From Scyliorhinus canicula (lineage: Eukaryota), in the NCBI RefSeq assembly GCF_902713615.1, contig NC_052160.1:25862083-25926082 (forward strand): a DNA stretch of 64,000 bases, in the 5' to 3' direction. Under the pieces are notes generated by a model. It made no database searches, had not been told where the DNA came from, and was given only the letters and a program-made list of their open reading frames with translations. The position numbers were made by a program, and so were the translations under genes. Below are positions 49,669 to 60,900 of this stretch, in pieces. Each line of letters opens with the position of its first letter. Position 1 is the first letter of the stretch.

Positions 49669-50191
49669 AGAATTGCAGTAACACAAAGTGCAGGCCACAA
49701 GCAAGCTCAGTGGCATGCAGTGCACTATTACAATATACACTAAGGCATCTCCATACACATCATTTGAGGGCAATCTGCTTAAAATGGCACAAGGCCTTGA
49801 TGCCATTCATGGGTTCGCTCAAATACAATGGGCAAGGTAATCTTTTATTATTATTGTCACAAGTAGGCTTACATTAACACTGCAATGAAGTTACTGTGAA
49901 AATCCCCTAGTCGCCACATTCCTGCGCATGTTCAGGAACACTGAAGGAGAATTCAGAATGTCCAAATTACCTAACAACATGTCTTTCAGGACTTGTGGGA
50001 GGAAACCGAAGCACCCGGAGGAAACCCACGTAGACACGGGAAGAACGTATAGACTCCGCACAGACAGTGACCCAAGCTGGGAATCGAACCTGGGACCGTG
50101 GGGCTGTGAAGCAACGGTGCTAACCACTGTGGTGTGTCGCAAGGTGGAATCATACCTCTGAAATAGAAGCCGTGACTAGTTGTTCACTGAC

Positions 50192-50281
50192 CTGCAGTTC
50201 CTGAGGTGGAAGGTGTGGTTTCTCTGAAGCTGCCGTAAACTCATGCTTAGGTGCAGCTTTGGGCGAATAAAGCCTCTTCGT
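50192..50281 (-). CDS. UQCRC2: UQCRC2 exon 2
   Basis: TKRLYSPKAAPK...LPPQELQ; ttcag/gtcagt. Confidence 0.92.
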
Positions 50282-52170
50282 CTGAAATCAAAAATTCACA
50301 CGTGTATCAACAAATTGAATGGTATCAATCAGAAAGGCCAGGGTACCTCTCCTGGATACCTCAGTGCAGGTTTTTGCTCCATTAGGTTTGAATATGTATT
50401 TAAATAATAGAAGAAACTAAAGCTCCATTTCACAACTCATGGTTATCAGAAAATGCCTAGCACAAAATCTGGTACAAGCTGTTCGTTTGCTGATTATAAT
50501 CCATAATAAACTTTTACGGAATCAAAATATTGCATATGCTGGGATCCTGAAATAAAAGCAGAAAATGCTGCAAATACTCAGAAGGCCTGTCAGCAGCTGT
50601 GGACAGAGTGTGTTAATATTTTACACCATCATTCTTTTGTCATCTCCTCCCTTCTGCCTTCCACTTTATCATGGACCCTCTCTTTTGTTCTTCACACCCC
50701 TTTCATGGCTCTGTGCTTGTTTAAAATCTGTTGCACCAATAATTCTTTCCAGTTCCGTTGAAAGGTTATTGACCTGAAACCGTAACTCTGTTCCTCTCAG
50801 GGCAACATGGTGGCACAGTGGTTAGCCCTGCTGCCTTGCGTGCCGAGGCCCCAGGTTCGATCCCAGCTCTGGGTCATTGTCCGTGTGGAGTTTGCACATT
50901 CTCCCCGTGTTTGCGTGGGTTTCGCCCCCACAACCCAAAAATATGCAGGCTAGGTAGATTGGCCATGCTAAATTGCCCCTTAATTGGAAAAATGAATTGG
51001 GTACTCTAATTTTTTTTTTTAACTGTTCCTCTCTCTACAGATGCTGTCTGACCCTCTCAATTGAGGGAGGTTTCCTCCCTCAGCTCCTAGTTACAATGCA
51101 GACCTCAGCACAGGAACTCAATGTAGTGCACACCATCACTCCATGGTACAACTTTGTGCTACACCACAATGAGGAGTTTGTTTAACTGAGCAGCTTGCTA
51201 AGCTATTTCAGTGGGGGACAATCGGCAATGGTTTTATGTCATCATTAGACTTTTAATTCCAGATTTTTATTGTATTCAAATTTCACCTGTCATGGTGGGA
51301 TTTGAACCCGGAATCCAAGAGCATTACCTTGGATCTCTGGATTACCACAATGCTACCACCTCCCCTAATATTTACTATTCGAACAATCCAGTTATTGAAA
51401 TCAACCCACTTTGATTTAACCCTTGTAGGCTTAGTGTCCAAAAAAGTTAAGTGGGGTTATTGGGATAGGGTGGAGGCGTGGGCTTAAGTAGGGTGCTCTT
51501 TCCAAGGGCCGATGGAGAATCCATGGGCCAAATGGCCTCCTTCTGCACTGTAAATTCTATGATTCTTCGGTGTAAAATAATTTCCAACTTCCCTCCTTCT
51601 AACAATAACTGAGTCTATCTATGTTCATTCAGACTGACTTGACAACCAGAAACAAGCAGTCACCATTAACCCTCTTGATGCCTTTTAATTGTTGCAATTT
51701 GATGATTCTTTACTGTCCCCTTTCCATGGATCTAATATCATTCCTATAAGAAGGTACCTAGAACTTTGTGCAATATTCCAAAGTGACCCAAGCAACGCCT
51801 TGGGTAAATCGAACAAAAATTCCTTGATTTTCTATTTGATGTCGAGGGCGGCACGGTGGTTAGCATTGCTGCCTCACAGCTCCAGGGACCTGGGTTCAAT
51901 TCCTGCCTTGGCTGACTGTGAAGTTTGCACATTCTCGCCATGTGTGCGTCAGTTTCCTCCAGGTGCTCTGGTTTCCTCCCACAGTCTAACGGGCTGCAGC
52001 TTAGGTGGATTGGTCATACTAGATTGTCCCTTAATGTCCAAAGATGTGTAGGTTAGGTTAAGGGGTTATTGAGATAGGGAGGTGGAGTGCTCTTTCAGAG
52101 GGTCGGTACAGACTCAAAGGGCCTCATTCTGCACTATAGGGATTCTATGGTGTTACTCACCATTCTATAG

Positions 52171-52502
52171 GGGCCTCACGGTAGCATGGTGGTTAGCATC
52201 AATGCTTCACAGCTCCAGGGTCCCAGGTTCGATTCCCGGCTGGGTCACTGTCTGTGTGGAGTCTGCACGTCCTCCCCGTGTGTGCGTGGGTTTCCTCCGG
52301 GTGCTCCGGTTTCCTCCCACAGTCCAAAGATGTGCGGGTTAGGTGGATTGGCCATGCTAAATTGCCCGTAGTGTAAGGTTAATGGGGGGATTGTTGGGTT
52401 ACGGGGTTACGTGGGTTTAAGTGGGGTGATCATGGCTCGGCACAACATTGAGGGCTGAAGGGCCTGTTCTGTGCTGTACTGTTCTATGTTCTATGTTCTA
52501 TG
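52171..52502 (+). mobile_element. HE1/V-SINE-like element with CR1 3' tail (GTTCTAT)n
   Basis: Tail matches the CR1 ends at 14878-14940 and 17810-17867. Confidence 0.9.
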
Positions 52503-53546
52503 TACTCTACATAAAACCTAATTCTTAATTTTTGTGCCAGAAATAGTGACGGTGGAGTTGGGCAGGATTCTCAGCATCCTTATGGAAACATATATAATCC
52601 TAAGGGGACTTGACAAGGTGGATGCTAAAAGGATGTTCCCCCTTGTGGGAGAGACTAGAACTAGGGGACGTAGTTAAAAAATATAGGGTCTCTCATTTAA
52701 GAAAGAGAGGAGGAAATTATCTTTCCCTCAGAAGGTCAAGAGTCTTTGGAGCTCAGAGAGCAGTGGAGGAAGAGTCAATGAACATTTTTAAAACAGAGGT
52801 AGACACATTATTGAATAACAAGGGAGTAAAAGGTTATTGGGGGGGGGGGGGGGGGGGTAGGTTGGAATGTGTTGGGACCACAATCAGGTCATCAGTGATC
52901 CTATTGAATGGCGGAACAGGATTTGAGGGGCAAAATGGCCTACTCCTGTTCCTAATTCGTATGTTTGTGTGTTGTTGATGCAAAGCAAAACCTAGATCTG
53001 AAGATTAAATTACAATCTAACTACATTTATTGACGAATTATCAGTGAGACAAATACTGTAAAGATAAAGTGCCTAACATTTTTGGTGAAAGCAGAATCCC
53101 CTCGCCACCCCAAAAGAATCACTGAAGTAGGGTGCTCTTTCCAAGGGTCGGTGCAGACTCGATGGGACGAATTACTTCCTACTGTACTGTAAATTCCGGT
53201 TCTATGTTTAGAAATATAAAAAATGAGGCCCTGTCAGTGGAAGAATTGTGCAGCTGGTGTTTTAGCAAAATAACCTTTGCAATGTCAAACCCCTCCATAG
53301 GTATTCGCTCCATTTAGTGATTGCAGAGACACAGTAATGCATTTAAAATATATCATTCTGTGGAAGCGGAGGAGGAGGATTTGGGCTTTCTGATGCTTTA
53401 ACTGAACACGGAGGTTGGAGCCTCTCAGTCCCCTGGTGGGAATGACCTTCAGTAACCCTCATAACACCAACCCGGGACCGCAGCTCTGCCAGGGACCGGC
53501 CTTCCACCCGCACTGCACTGGGTTCAGGACCCAGCCCCAGCCGGGA

Positions 53547-53620
53547 GGGCGGTGGGCGCCGAGGGCCCGGGCGGTGGGCGCCGAGGCCCCGGGCGGAGGG
53601 CGCCGAGGCCCCGGGCGGCC
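53547..53620. repeat. 22-bp GC-rich tandem repeat x3 (GGCGGTGGGCGCCGAGGSCCCG) in UQCRC2 intron 1
   Basis: Directly visible triplication containing GC-box-like GGGCGG. Confidence 0.85.
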
Positions 53621-53767
53621 GCTCCTGCTCGGGCAGCGCCTCAGGCCGCAGCGGCCGACATCTCATTGGCAATTTCCCGTTTGCGCCTCGACACACACAG
53701 GCCCGAGCACTTTTTGTCCCGAGTCAGTAACCTGTGCCTTGGCGCGGATACAGATCGAGATACTTAC

Positions 53768-53812
53768 AACGAGATTCGCGAGGGCAGAATTCACTCCCTT
53801 CACCGACCTCAT
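53768..53812 (-). CDS. UQCRC2: UQCRC2 exon 1 (MRSVKGVNSALANLV, presequence)
   Basis: ATG in CpG island, donor gtaagt, phase 0 into exon 2. Confidence 0.85.
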
Positions 53813-53828
53813 CGTTTCAGCGGCAACC

Positions 53829-54226
53829 CACCGGCGGCCCGATTGTGACACACACAATATGGCGGCTCACCGGCGACCAGATCCTTGACACACACAATAT
53901 GGCGGCTCACCGGCGACCAGATCCGTGACACACACAATATGGCGGCTCATGGCGACCCCATCTGTGACACACACAACATGGCGGCTCACCGGCGGCCCCA
54001 TCTGTGACACACACAATATGGCGGCTCACCGGCGGCCCCATCTGTGACACACACAATATGGCGGCTCACCGGCGGCCCCATCTGTGACACACACAATATG
54101 GCGGCTCACCGGCGACCCGATCTGTGACACACACAATATGGCGGCTCACCGGCCACCTGATCTCGTGACACACACAATACGGCGGCTCACCAGTGACCAA
54201 ATCAGTGACCCACACAATATGGTGGT
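53829..54226. repeat. 40-bp minisatellite, about 10 copies (GTGACACACACAATATGGCGGCTCACCGGCGGCCCCATCT)
   Basis: Units start at about 53845, 53885, 53925, 53964, 54004, 54044, 54084, 54124, 54165, 54205. Confidence 0.95.
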
Positions 54227-55109
54227 CCCCAAGGACTGGCTTTGGAAAATATCCAATATGACGTCCAAATGTTCAGGACAAAGCAAAGAAGCAACTGTCC
54301 TACTCAGAACTTGTTCACAGGAGACTCCCAGGAGGCAGTGAAAACACTTAAGGAAACTCAAAGCATCTCTCACATTCTCTTTTTTTTTTCCAATTATGAG
54401 CAATTTAGCGTGGCCTATCCACGTATCCTGCACATCTTTGGGTTGTGGGCGTGAGAACCAAGCAGACACGGGAAGAATGTGCAAACTCCACACAGACAGT
54501 GACCCAGTGCCAAGATCGAACCCGGGTTCTCAGCGCCTTGAGGCAGCAGTGCTAACCACTGCACCACCGTGCTCATCACTCACAGTCTCATGGACTCACA
54601 GGAGCCTCTAGCTTGTGACCAATCAAAAATGCAGGAGAAAGTTATTTGGGAAGACACATTGAGTGACTTAGTCAGCCGGATGCAGAGGCAAAGTTGGGGA
54701 CTCAATCGTTATGGGTGACAGACAAGAAAGTGGAGCTGAGCCCACAATCAGATCAGTCATGATCTCATCGAATGATGGAAAAGGCTCGAGGGGCTGAATG
54801 GCCAACACATATTCCAATCTTTGTGTGATAATATTGAATTATACTTTGCATACATCACACCAGACACAAAGTTGCAGATGTTAGATATCTAAAACAAAAA
54901 AAGGAACTACTGGAAACATTCAATAGTTCTGTCAACATCTGCGAATAAAAGAGATTTGTTAAGATTTTAAGTATATACACTTGGTTAGAACTGGTTATTG
55001 GCCAACAGGGGTAGCACAGCTGCCTCACAGTGCCAAGGACCCAAGTTCGATCCTGGCCCTGGGTCACTACCCATGTGGAGTTTGCACATTCTCCCCTTGT
55101 CTGCGTGGG

Positions 55110-55282
55110 GTCCAACAGGTTTGTTTCAAACACGAGCTTTCGGAGTGCAGCTCCTTCCTCAGGTGAATGGCGAGGTATGTTCCAGAAACATTTATATAGA
55201 CAAAGTCAGAGATGCTGGACAATGCTTGGAATGCGAGCATTTGCAGGTAATCAAATCATTACAGATCCAGGGAGAGGGATAA
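55110..55282 (-). mobile_element. Penelope-like element terminal fragment
   Basis: CACCTGAGGAAGGAGC..CTCCGAAAGCTCGTG..AAACCTGTTGGAC signature of Penelope pseudo-LTRs. Confidence 0.7.
55131..55165 (-). ncRNA. Minimal type I hammerhead ribozyme motif (Penelope-associated)
   Basis: CAC-CUGAGGA-A-GGAG-cugca-CUCC-GAAAGCUC^GUG: core boxes, helix II, palindromic helix III and 3-bp helix I. Confidence 0.65.
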
Positions 55283-55599
55283 ATTTTTTTTTTTTTAAAT
55301 TTAGAGTACCCAATTATTTTTTCCAATTAAGGGGCAATTTAACGTGGCCAATCCACCTACCCTGCACATCTTTGGGTTGTGGGGGCGAAACCCACACAGA
55401 CACGGGGAGAATGTGCAAACTCCTCACAGACAGTGACCCAGGGCCGGGATTCGAACCCAGGTCCTCAGCGCCGTAGGCAGCAATGCTAACCACTGTGCCA
55501 CCGTGAGGAGAGGGATAATCTTTAACGATTATTTATCAGAGCCACGTCTCTGTTCATTGTCCTACGTTGCACTACCTTTTTGGTTTCTTGACAACATTG

Positions 55600-56365
55600 T
55601 TGTTAACATTTTGTTTGCACTTCAGCCCCACGCTCCTGATCTATGGGCATCTGGTGCGGTGGGGGTGGGGGGTGCGGGGGGGGGGGGGCGGGGGAGGCAG
55701 AGGACCTCCTCATGAATGATGTACCATCAATTGAACGCGAGATGAGTTGCTGAACAAAAGTATGGCTTTAATCTACTACATGTTAGCCCTGCGGTTGATT
55801 ACAGTAGGACGACCGCCGGGCGTACTGGGTATTTATACCCCGCCCTGGAGGTGGGGTTAACTCAGCCTCTTGACCAATCAGGGAGCCATCACATGACTGG
55901 TCTCAACCAACCGGTCGAGAGGCACATGACTGACCAGGGCCAATGGTAAGCCGGTGTTCTGCCCCAACGGCAGGCAGCTATGCTAATCATACCACCACAA
56001 TGAACCTGCTCCTGGGCCTGGCCAAACTTGCCATAAACAGGTCCAGGCAGTGGGCGGCTGAGGGGGTCATCCGACCGGACTGTCTGGCCGTCTTTCGCGG
56101 CTTTATTCGCAACTGGGTATCCCTGGAGAAAGAGAGAGCGGTGTCCATAGGCACACTCAAGGCCTCCCATGCTCGGTGGGCACTGCAAGGGCTGGACTAT
56201 ATTACATACCCTGATTCTCACATTTTGGTTTGATGGGTTTTTAAGTTTCTGTTTCCTCTTCATTCCTTTTGGACTGTGCTCCGATTGTTCTTTGGGAGCG
56301 GCCCCTTTTGATTTGTCCACCAGTTAATTTTTGTTCTTCTGTTCAGTTGATGGGCCTTATTAAAA
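55600..56365 (+). mobile_element. Tx1-type LINE ORF2 3' fragment (split by the solo LTR)
   Basis: EDLL(M)NLLLGLAKLAINRSRQ...FRGFIRNWVSLEKERAVS...RW C-terminal motif. Confidence 0.7.
55717..55999 (-). mobile_element. Solo Gypsy LTR between UQCRC2 and SNU13
   Basis: TG...CA termini; TSD ATGAA (55712-55716, 56000-56004); TATAAA on the - strand; CCAAT boxes. Confidence 0.88.
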
Positions 56366-56369
56366 CCCT

Positions 56370-56590
56370 GAGGCTGCAGACGGGCCGAGTGGCCGTCACG
56401 TGTAATGAATACATCTCAGCGGAGGTGGCGCTGTGCCTCCCGATGAGGAGTAGGTGCTCTCTTGCCCACTGGCGTGTCTTTGGTGGCGGCTGGTTGGAGT
56501 GAAGTCGGCCTCGGTCCTCAGTGAAGCGGCAGCTGAGGGGACAGCGGGAAAAAGCCACCAACCAGGCTGGGAGTATCGCACGAGGATGGT
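56370..56590 (+). promoter_or_regulatory. SNU13 proximal promoter / 5' UTR with E-box GTCACGTG (56395-56402)
   Basis: GC-rich unique sequence upstream of the ATG exon. Confidence 0.5.
56586..56588 (+). CDS. SNU13: SNU13 exon 1 (ATG only)
   Basis: gaggATG|gtaagg in GC-rich region; phase 0 to exon 2. Confidence 0.8.
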
Positions 56591-56979
56591 AAGGGAGGCC
56601 GCAGGCTCCGGCCCTGCTTTCACAGCCCAGGCTGCCTGCTCTCAGCGCGGCTCCTGGAGCTGAACCACCCCCCCCATACACGCACACACTTACAGAACAG
56701 CCGCATGTAGGCCGCTCTGCCCATCGTGTTCGTGTCAGCCCAAAGAGTTATCCAGCCTCATCCCACTCTCGGTCTGGGCCCTGGGAGGGGGGCTCAGTCA
56801 GTCAGTCAGTCCACATTCCCCCGCCACAGGCCAGGGAATTGAACCCGGCGGTGACACGCTTGTTTTTAAACCGGATGTGGTTTTGTACTTCCTTAATCTG
56901 CATTTGGTGCTGGGCTACGTTAAGTACCGGGCTCCCTTCTAATAAATGCAACTGTATATTGTGTTTTTTATTATTGCAG

Positions 56980-57100
56980 ACAGAACAAGACGTTAACCCA
57001 AAAGCCTATCCTCTCGCGGATGCCCAGCTAACAAAGACAATTCTGGATCTTGTGCAGCAAGCGGGGAACTATAAGCAACTGCGAAAGGGAGCTAATGAAG
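56980..57100 (+). CDS. SNU13: SNU13 exon 2
   Basis: ttgcag|ACAGAA...GAAG|gtactt; 121 nt. Confidence 0.97.
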
Positions 57101-57653
57101 GTACTTTATGTTGGGCTTCCCGGATACAGTTTTGGATATTAAATTGGAGCAGTCAGGTCAATTGTAATCTCCAGGTGAAGGCCTATTTGATATCACCAAC
57201 TCTGCATATTCTAAGTGACTGCATTTCTATCTCAACTTATCACATCTGTTCCAAAATGCTATCTATGCAACCAATTCCTTGTGAAGTTTGAGCACTGCAA
57301 GATCTCGCAAATGGTCACCTGAGCTCAGTTTGGGTTTATTGCTTCAGGGTAGATTAAACCGGATATGGGAAACCCAGCAACTTTAACAGATTGATTCCAT
57401 TCTGTTCCAATCGGCAGTGGGAATAAGATAATAATGAAAATAGTGGGAGGTGATATTGTGGAGCAAGAACTTTCCTCTTTGGGAGTAGGATTGCCTGACC
57501 ATATAGGGGCACTGTTGCTGCGTGGGAGGGTGACCATGCAGGGATCACCCCCCCCCCCCCCCCTTGAGATGGATGGACCAGAGTGTTCCCCTACTTCATG
57601 CTTTCCTTTCTAAAACCAGAGGTCAGAATTAATAGACCTGTTTTTCTTTACAG

Positions 57654-57916
57654 CCACCAAGACCTTGAACAGAGGAATTGCTGAGTTGATAGTGATGGCT
57701 GCAGACGCTGAACCATTGGAGATTATTCTTCATTTGCCTCTTCTTTGTGAAGACAAAAATGTCCCTTACGTTTTTGTAAGGTCTAAGCAGGCTCTGGGCC
57801 GTGCCTGTGGGGTGTGTCGGCCAGTTATTGCATGCTCCGTTACAATAAAGGAAGGCTCTCAGCTGAAGCCACAGATTCAGTCTGTTCAACAGGCAGTTGA
57901 GCGTTTACTGGTTTGA
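57654..57916 (+). CDS. SNU13: SNU13 exon 3
   Basis: ttacag|CCACC...GTTTGA; AATAAA at 58059-58064. Confidence 0.97.
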
Positions 57917-60900
57917 ATTGTGACAGTGCAGGAATGTTCAGCGGCTGAACAGGAAAGGCTTCCAACCATCAGTCGTGTATATTTTTTTTTCCGAAACTGC
58001 TTTTGAACATTGTGATAATTGTTCAAAGAACACATTTGTAATGTACTTTAATTTCTTGAATAAAAAGTGCTTCTCCTGAACACTGCCTAAGGAATATGCC
58101 CTTGAAATTTGCCTTTTTAAATGCTGGAGTGGCACTTCAGATGGTGGTACTGGTTACTGGAGGTCAGTAACCTCTGATCGAAAAAGGTTAACCTCATCCT
58201 TCCCTCTAAGCTTTTCTTACTCTGCCTTTGACTTATTTAACACAAACCTCTGTCTAAAACAGAATTTATTTATTGTGGAACGTGGCTACTGCTGGTAGGG
58301 CAGTAAAATTACTCATTTTTAATTTCCAAGATGCTGGTGAACCATCTTTTTAAAAAAAATAAAAAAATTGGAGTATCCAATTCATTTTTTTCCAATTAAG
58401 GAGCAATTTAGTGTTGCCAATCCACCTACTCTGCACATCTTTGGGTTGTGGGGGCAAAACCCACACAAACACAGGGAGAATGTGCAAATTCTACACAGAC
58501 AGTGACCCAGAGCCAGGATTGAACCTGGGACCTCGGCATCGTGAGGCAACAATGCTAACCACTATGATACCGTGCTGCCCATGAACTATCTTCTTGACTA
58601 AACCTGTGGGTTTTGTCCCACTGTCCAAAGATGTGCAGGTTGGGTGGATTGTCCATGCTAAAATTGCCTCTTAGTGTCTAAAGTTGTGATAAGTTGGGGT
58701 TGCGGGGAAAGAGGGTGGGGGAGTGGACCTGGGTTAGGGTGCTCTTTCAATGGGTTGCTGAGGACTCTATGGGCCAAATGCCTCCTGCACTAGGAATTCT
58801 ATGGTTTGATGGGTCATTTCAGGGTTCTGCATAAGGGAAACCCAAACCCCCTTTTTTTTCAGGTCTGCACAGTGGTTAGAACAGTTGCTTAGCTCCAGGG
58901 TCCCAGGTTTGATTCCTGGCTTGGTTCACTCTCTGTCTGGAGTCTGCACGTTCTCCCCATGTCTGTGTGGGTTTCCTCCGGGTGTTCCGGTTTCCTCCCA
59001 CAGTCCAAAGATCTGCAGGTGAGGTGGATTGGCCATGATAAATTATCCTTCGTGTCCAAAAAAAAAGTTAGGTTGGGTTACTGGGATGGGGCGGGCTTTA
59101 GTGGGGTGCTCTTTCCATCCAAGGGCTGGTGCAGACTCGATGGGCCAAATGGCCTCCTGCACTGTAAATTCTCTAAAGGACATTAGTGGAATTTTGGAGT
59201 ACCTAATTTTTTTAAGGGACAATTTTCGCACACTTTGGGTTGCAAGGGTGAGACCCACACAGACATGGAATGTGCAAACTCCACGTGGACAGTGACCCGG
59301 GGCTGGGATCGAACCCAGGTCCTCGGTGCTGTGTGGCAGCTGTGATAACCACTGCGTAACTGCTGCCCCATTAGTGGGATTTTATGACCATCTTTTAGTT
59401 TCATGGTTACCAATATTGATTCTAGCTTTATCATTCCATTTTATTTAGCTGAATTTATTCCCCCAGCTTCCACAATGGGGTTTGAATTTGGGTCCAGAGC
59501 ATTAGTCCAGCAAAATTGCAATGCCACCATGCACTACGTGTTCAGAATGGAATTTTAACGGCACCAAAATGTATTTTGCATACCAACCATTAACTGGCAT
59601 CATTTAGTTTGAGGAGACTATCAGTAAAGTATTTTACACTTGCTTATCCAACAGTGAAGGTTCATTTGATTGGACAACCTTCTTATCCCAGGTTCCGATG
59701 ATAGGAGGCTGGGGAAATTGGACCTATATTCTTGATATTTAGAAGACAGAGGAAATGATCTCATTGAAACATTCAAGATTATGAAAGGCTTTGACAAAGT
59801 CATCCAGACCACGAAACGTCAGCTCCCTTTTCTCTCCACAGATGCTGTCAGACCAGCTGAGAATGGAGAGTATTTTCTGTTTTTGTTTGAGATTCTAGGG
59901 GGCTTGACAGGGTAGGCAGGTTGCTACTGCTGGCTGCAAAAGTGGAGTTGAGGTGGAAGATCAGCCATGATCATGTTGAATGACAGGGCAGCAGAAGGGA
60001 CCATAGAGCCCAGGACCAGAAGTGAAGTACTTGGCATCTTTAAAAGTCAAAAGATGGATCAAACTGCATGTATATAGTGTTCGTATCTACCAGATTTCCT
60101 AGCTTGCTTTACAAGTGGAAGTACTATTTGATAGAGTCATGTGTGCACAACAAGATCCCCCAACCACGTCACCAGTGTCCTAAGAGAGCATAACCGGATA
60201 ATGGGAATGATATTTACATCTACATTGAGGTGTTGAGGATAAAAGCCAGGTGGTAAAGATCATTTATATAGAAATACATCCAGCTGTTCAGAATCACCAA
60301 CAGTTCTGCCAAAAGTAGGTTTTTTAAAAAAAGTAAAGCGCCCAATCCTTTTTTGTTTCAAACTAAGGGGCAAGTTAGCATAGCCAATTCACCTACCCTG
60401 CACATCTTTGGGTTTGAGGGGGCGAAACCCACACAGACACGGCTAAGTAGAAGGCAGAAAGGAGCTTTGAGGATCTTAACAGAACTAAAATTTTAGCCAC
60501 GTGGAATGTTTGACGTTATTTGTTTCGGGAATGTTGGAGGAGAAGGACCCATTTCCCTTCAATAACCACACAGCACAATTTAAAATAATTGGCAGCAAGA
60601 TTACAGGAGTTGAAATATTTTCATTCTACAGGTGTTGTGGTCTGGCAGTCATTGCCTGAAAAGGATAGGAGTGACAATACATTTAAAACAATACTTGAAT
60701 ATGCAGTGGAAATTCCACAATCTACAGGACTGTGGGCCAAGATCTAGAAACAGGGATTCAGCTAATTGACAAGGTAAACACATAGGCCATTTGTACATAA
60801 ATTTAACAATTTCAAAATGATGAAGCCGAGGGGGAAATAACAAAGCAAATTCCAGACTATGATCCAGGCAGTAGAAAGCACAGCAACACAAGGCAACAGT

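Larger units (their letters stand above)
27618..53812 (-). other. UQCRC2: Gene model: cytochrome b-c1 complex subunit 2, mitochondrial (core protein 2), 14 coding exons, 1380 nt, 459 aa
   Basis: Exon sizes 45,90,150,65,57,125,98,58,96,200,81,77,154,84; all introns GT-AG; continuous frame MRSVKGV...[17 protein letters not shown]...TTKGASSFKITRGVEAVGGSL...[13 protein letters not shown]. Confidence 0.97.
53470..54230 (-). promoter_or_regulatory. CpG island / promoter region of UQCRC2
   Basis: CpG-dense segment spanning exon 1, with GC boxes and repeated YY1-type motifs. Confidence 0.75.
56586..57916 (+). other. SNU13: Gene model: NHP2-like protein 1 / 15.5K (L7Ae family), join(56586..56588,56980..57100,57654..57916), 128 aa
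   Basis: M|[40 protein letters not shown]|[54 protein letters not shown]...ERLLV*; ATG-only first coding exon as in other vertebrates. Confidence 0.97.

Noticed and set aside
53343-53928. Several Arg/Pro/Gly-rich ORFs on both strands
   Set aside because: Products of the CpG island and tandem repeats around UQCRC2 exon 1.
53829-54226. CRISPR-like regular repeat array
   Set aside because: Units are contiguous with no unique spacers, there are no cas genes, and the context is vertebrate; it is a minisatellite.
56839-57291. 150-aa single-exon SNU13-like ORF
   Set aside because: Only 56980-57100 is homologous; the flanks are intron read-through.
56589-57653. Intronic C/D snoRNA or K-turn autoregulatory element in SNU13 introns
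   Set aside because: I found no convincing RUGAUGA/CUGA pair with a terminal stem by eye; an Rfam/Infernal scan would be decisive.
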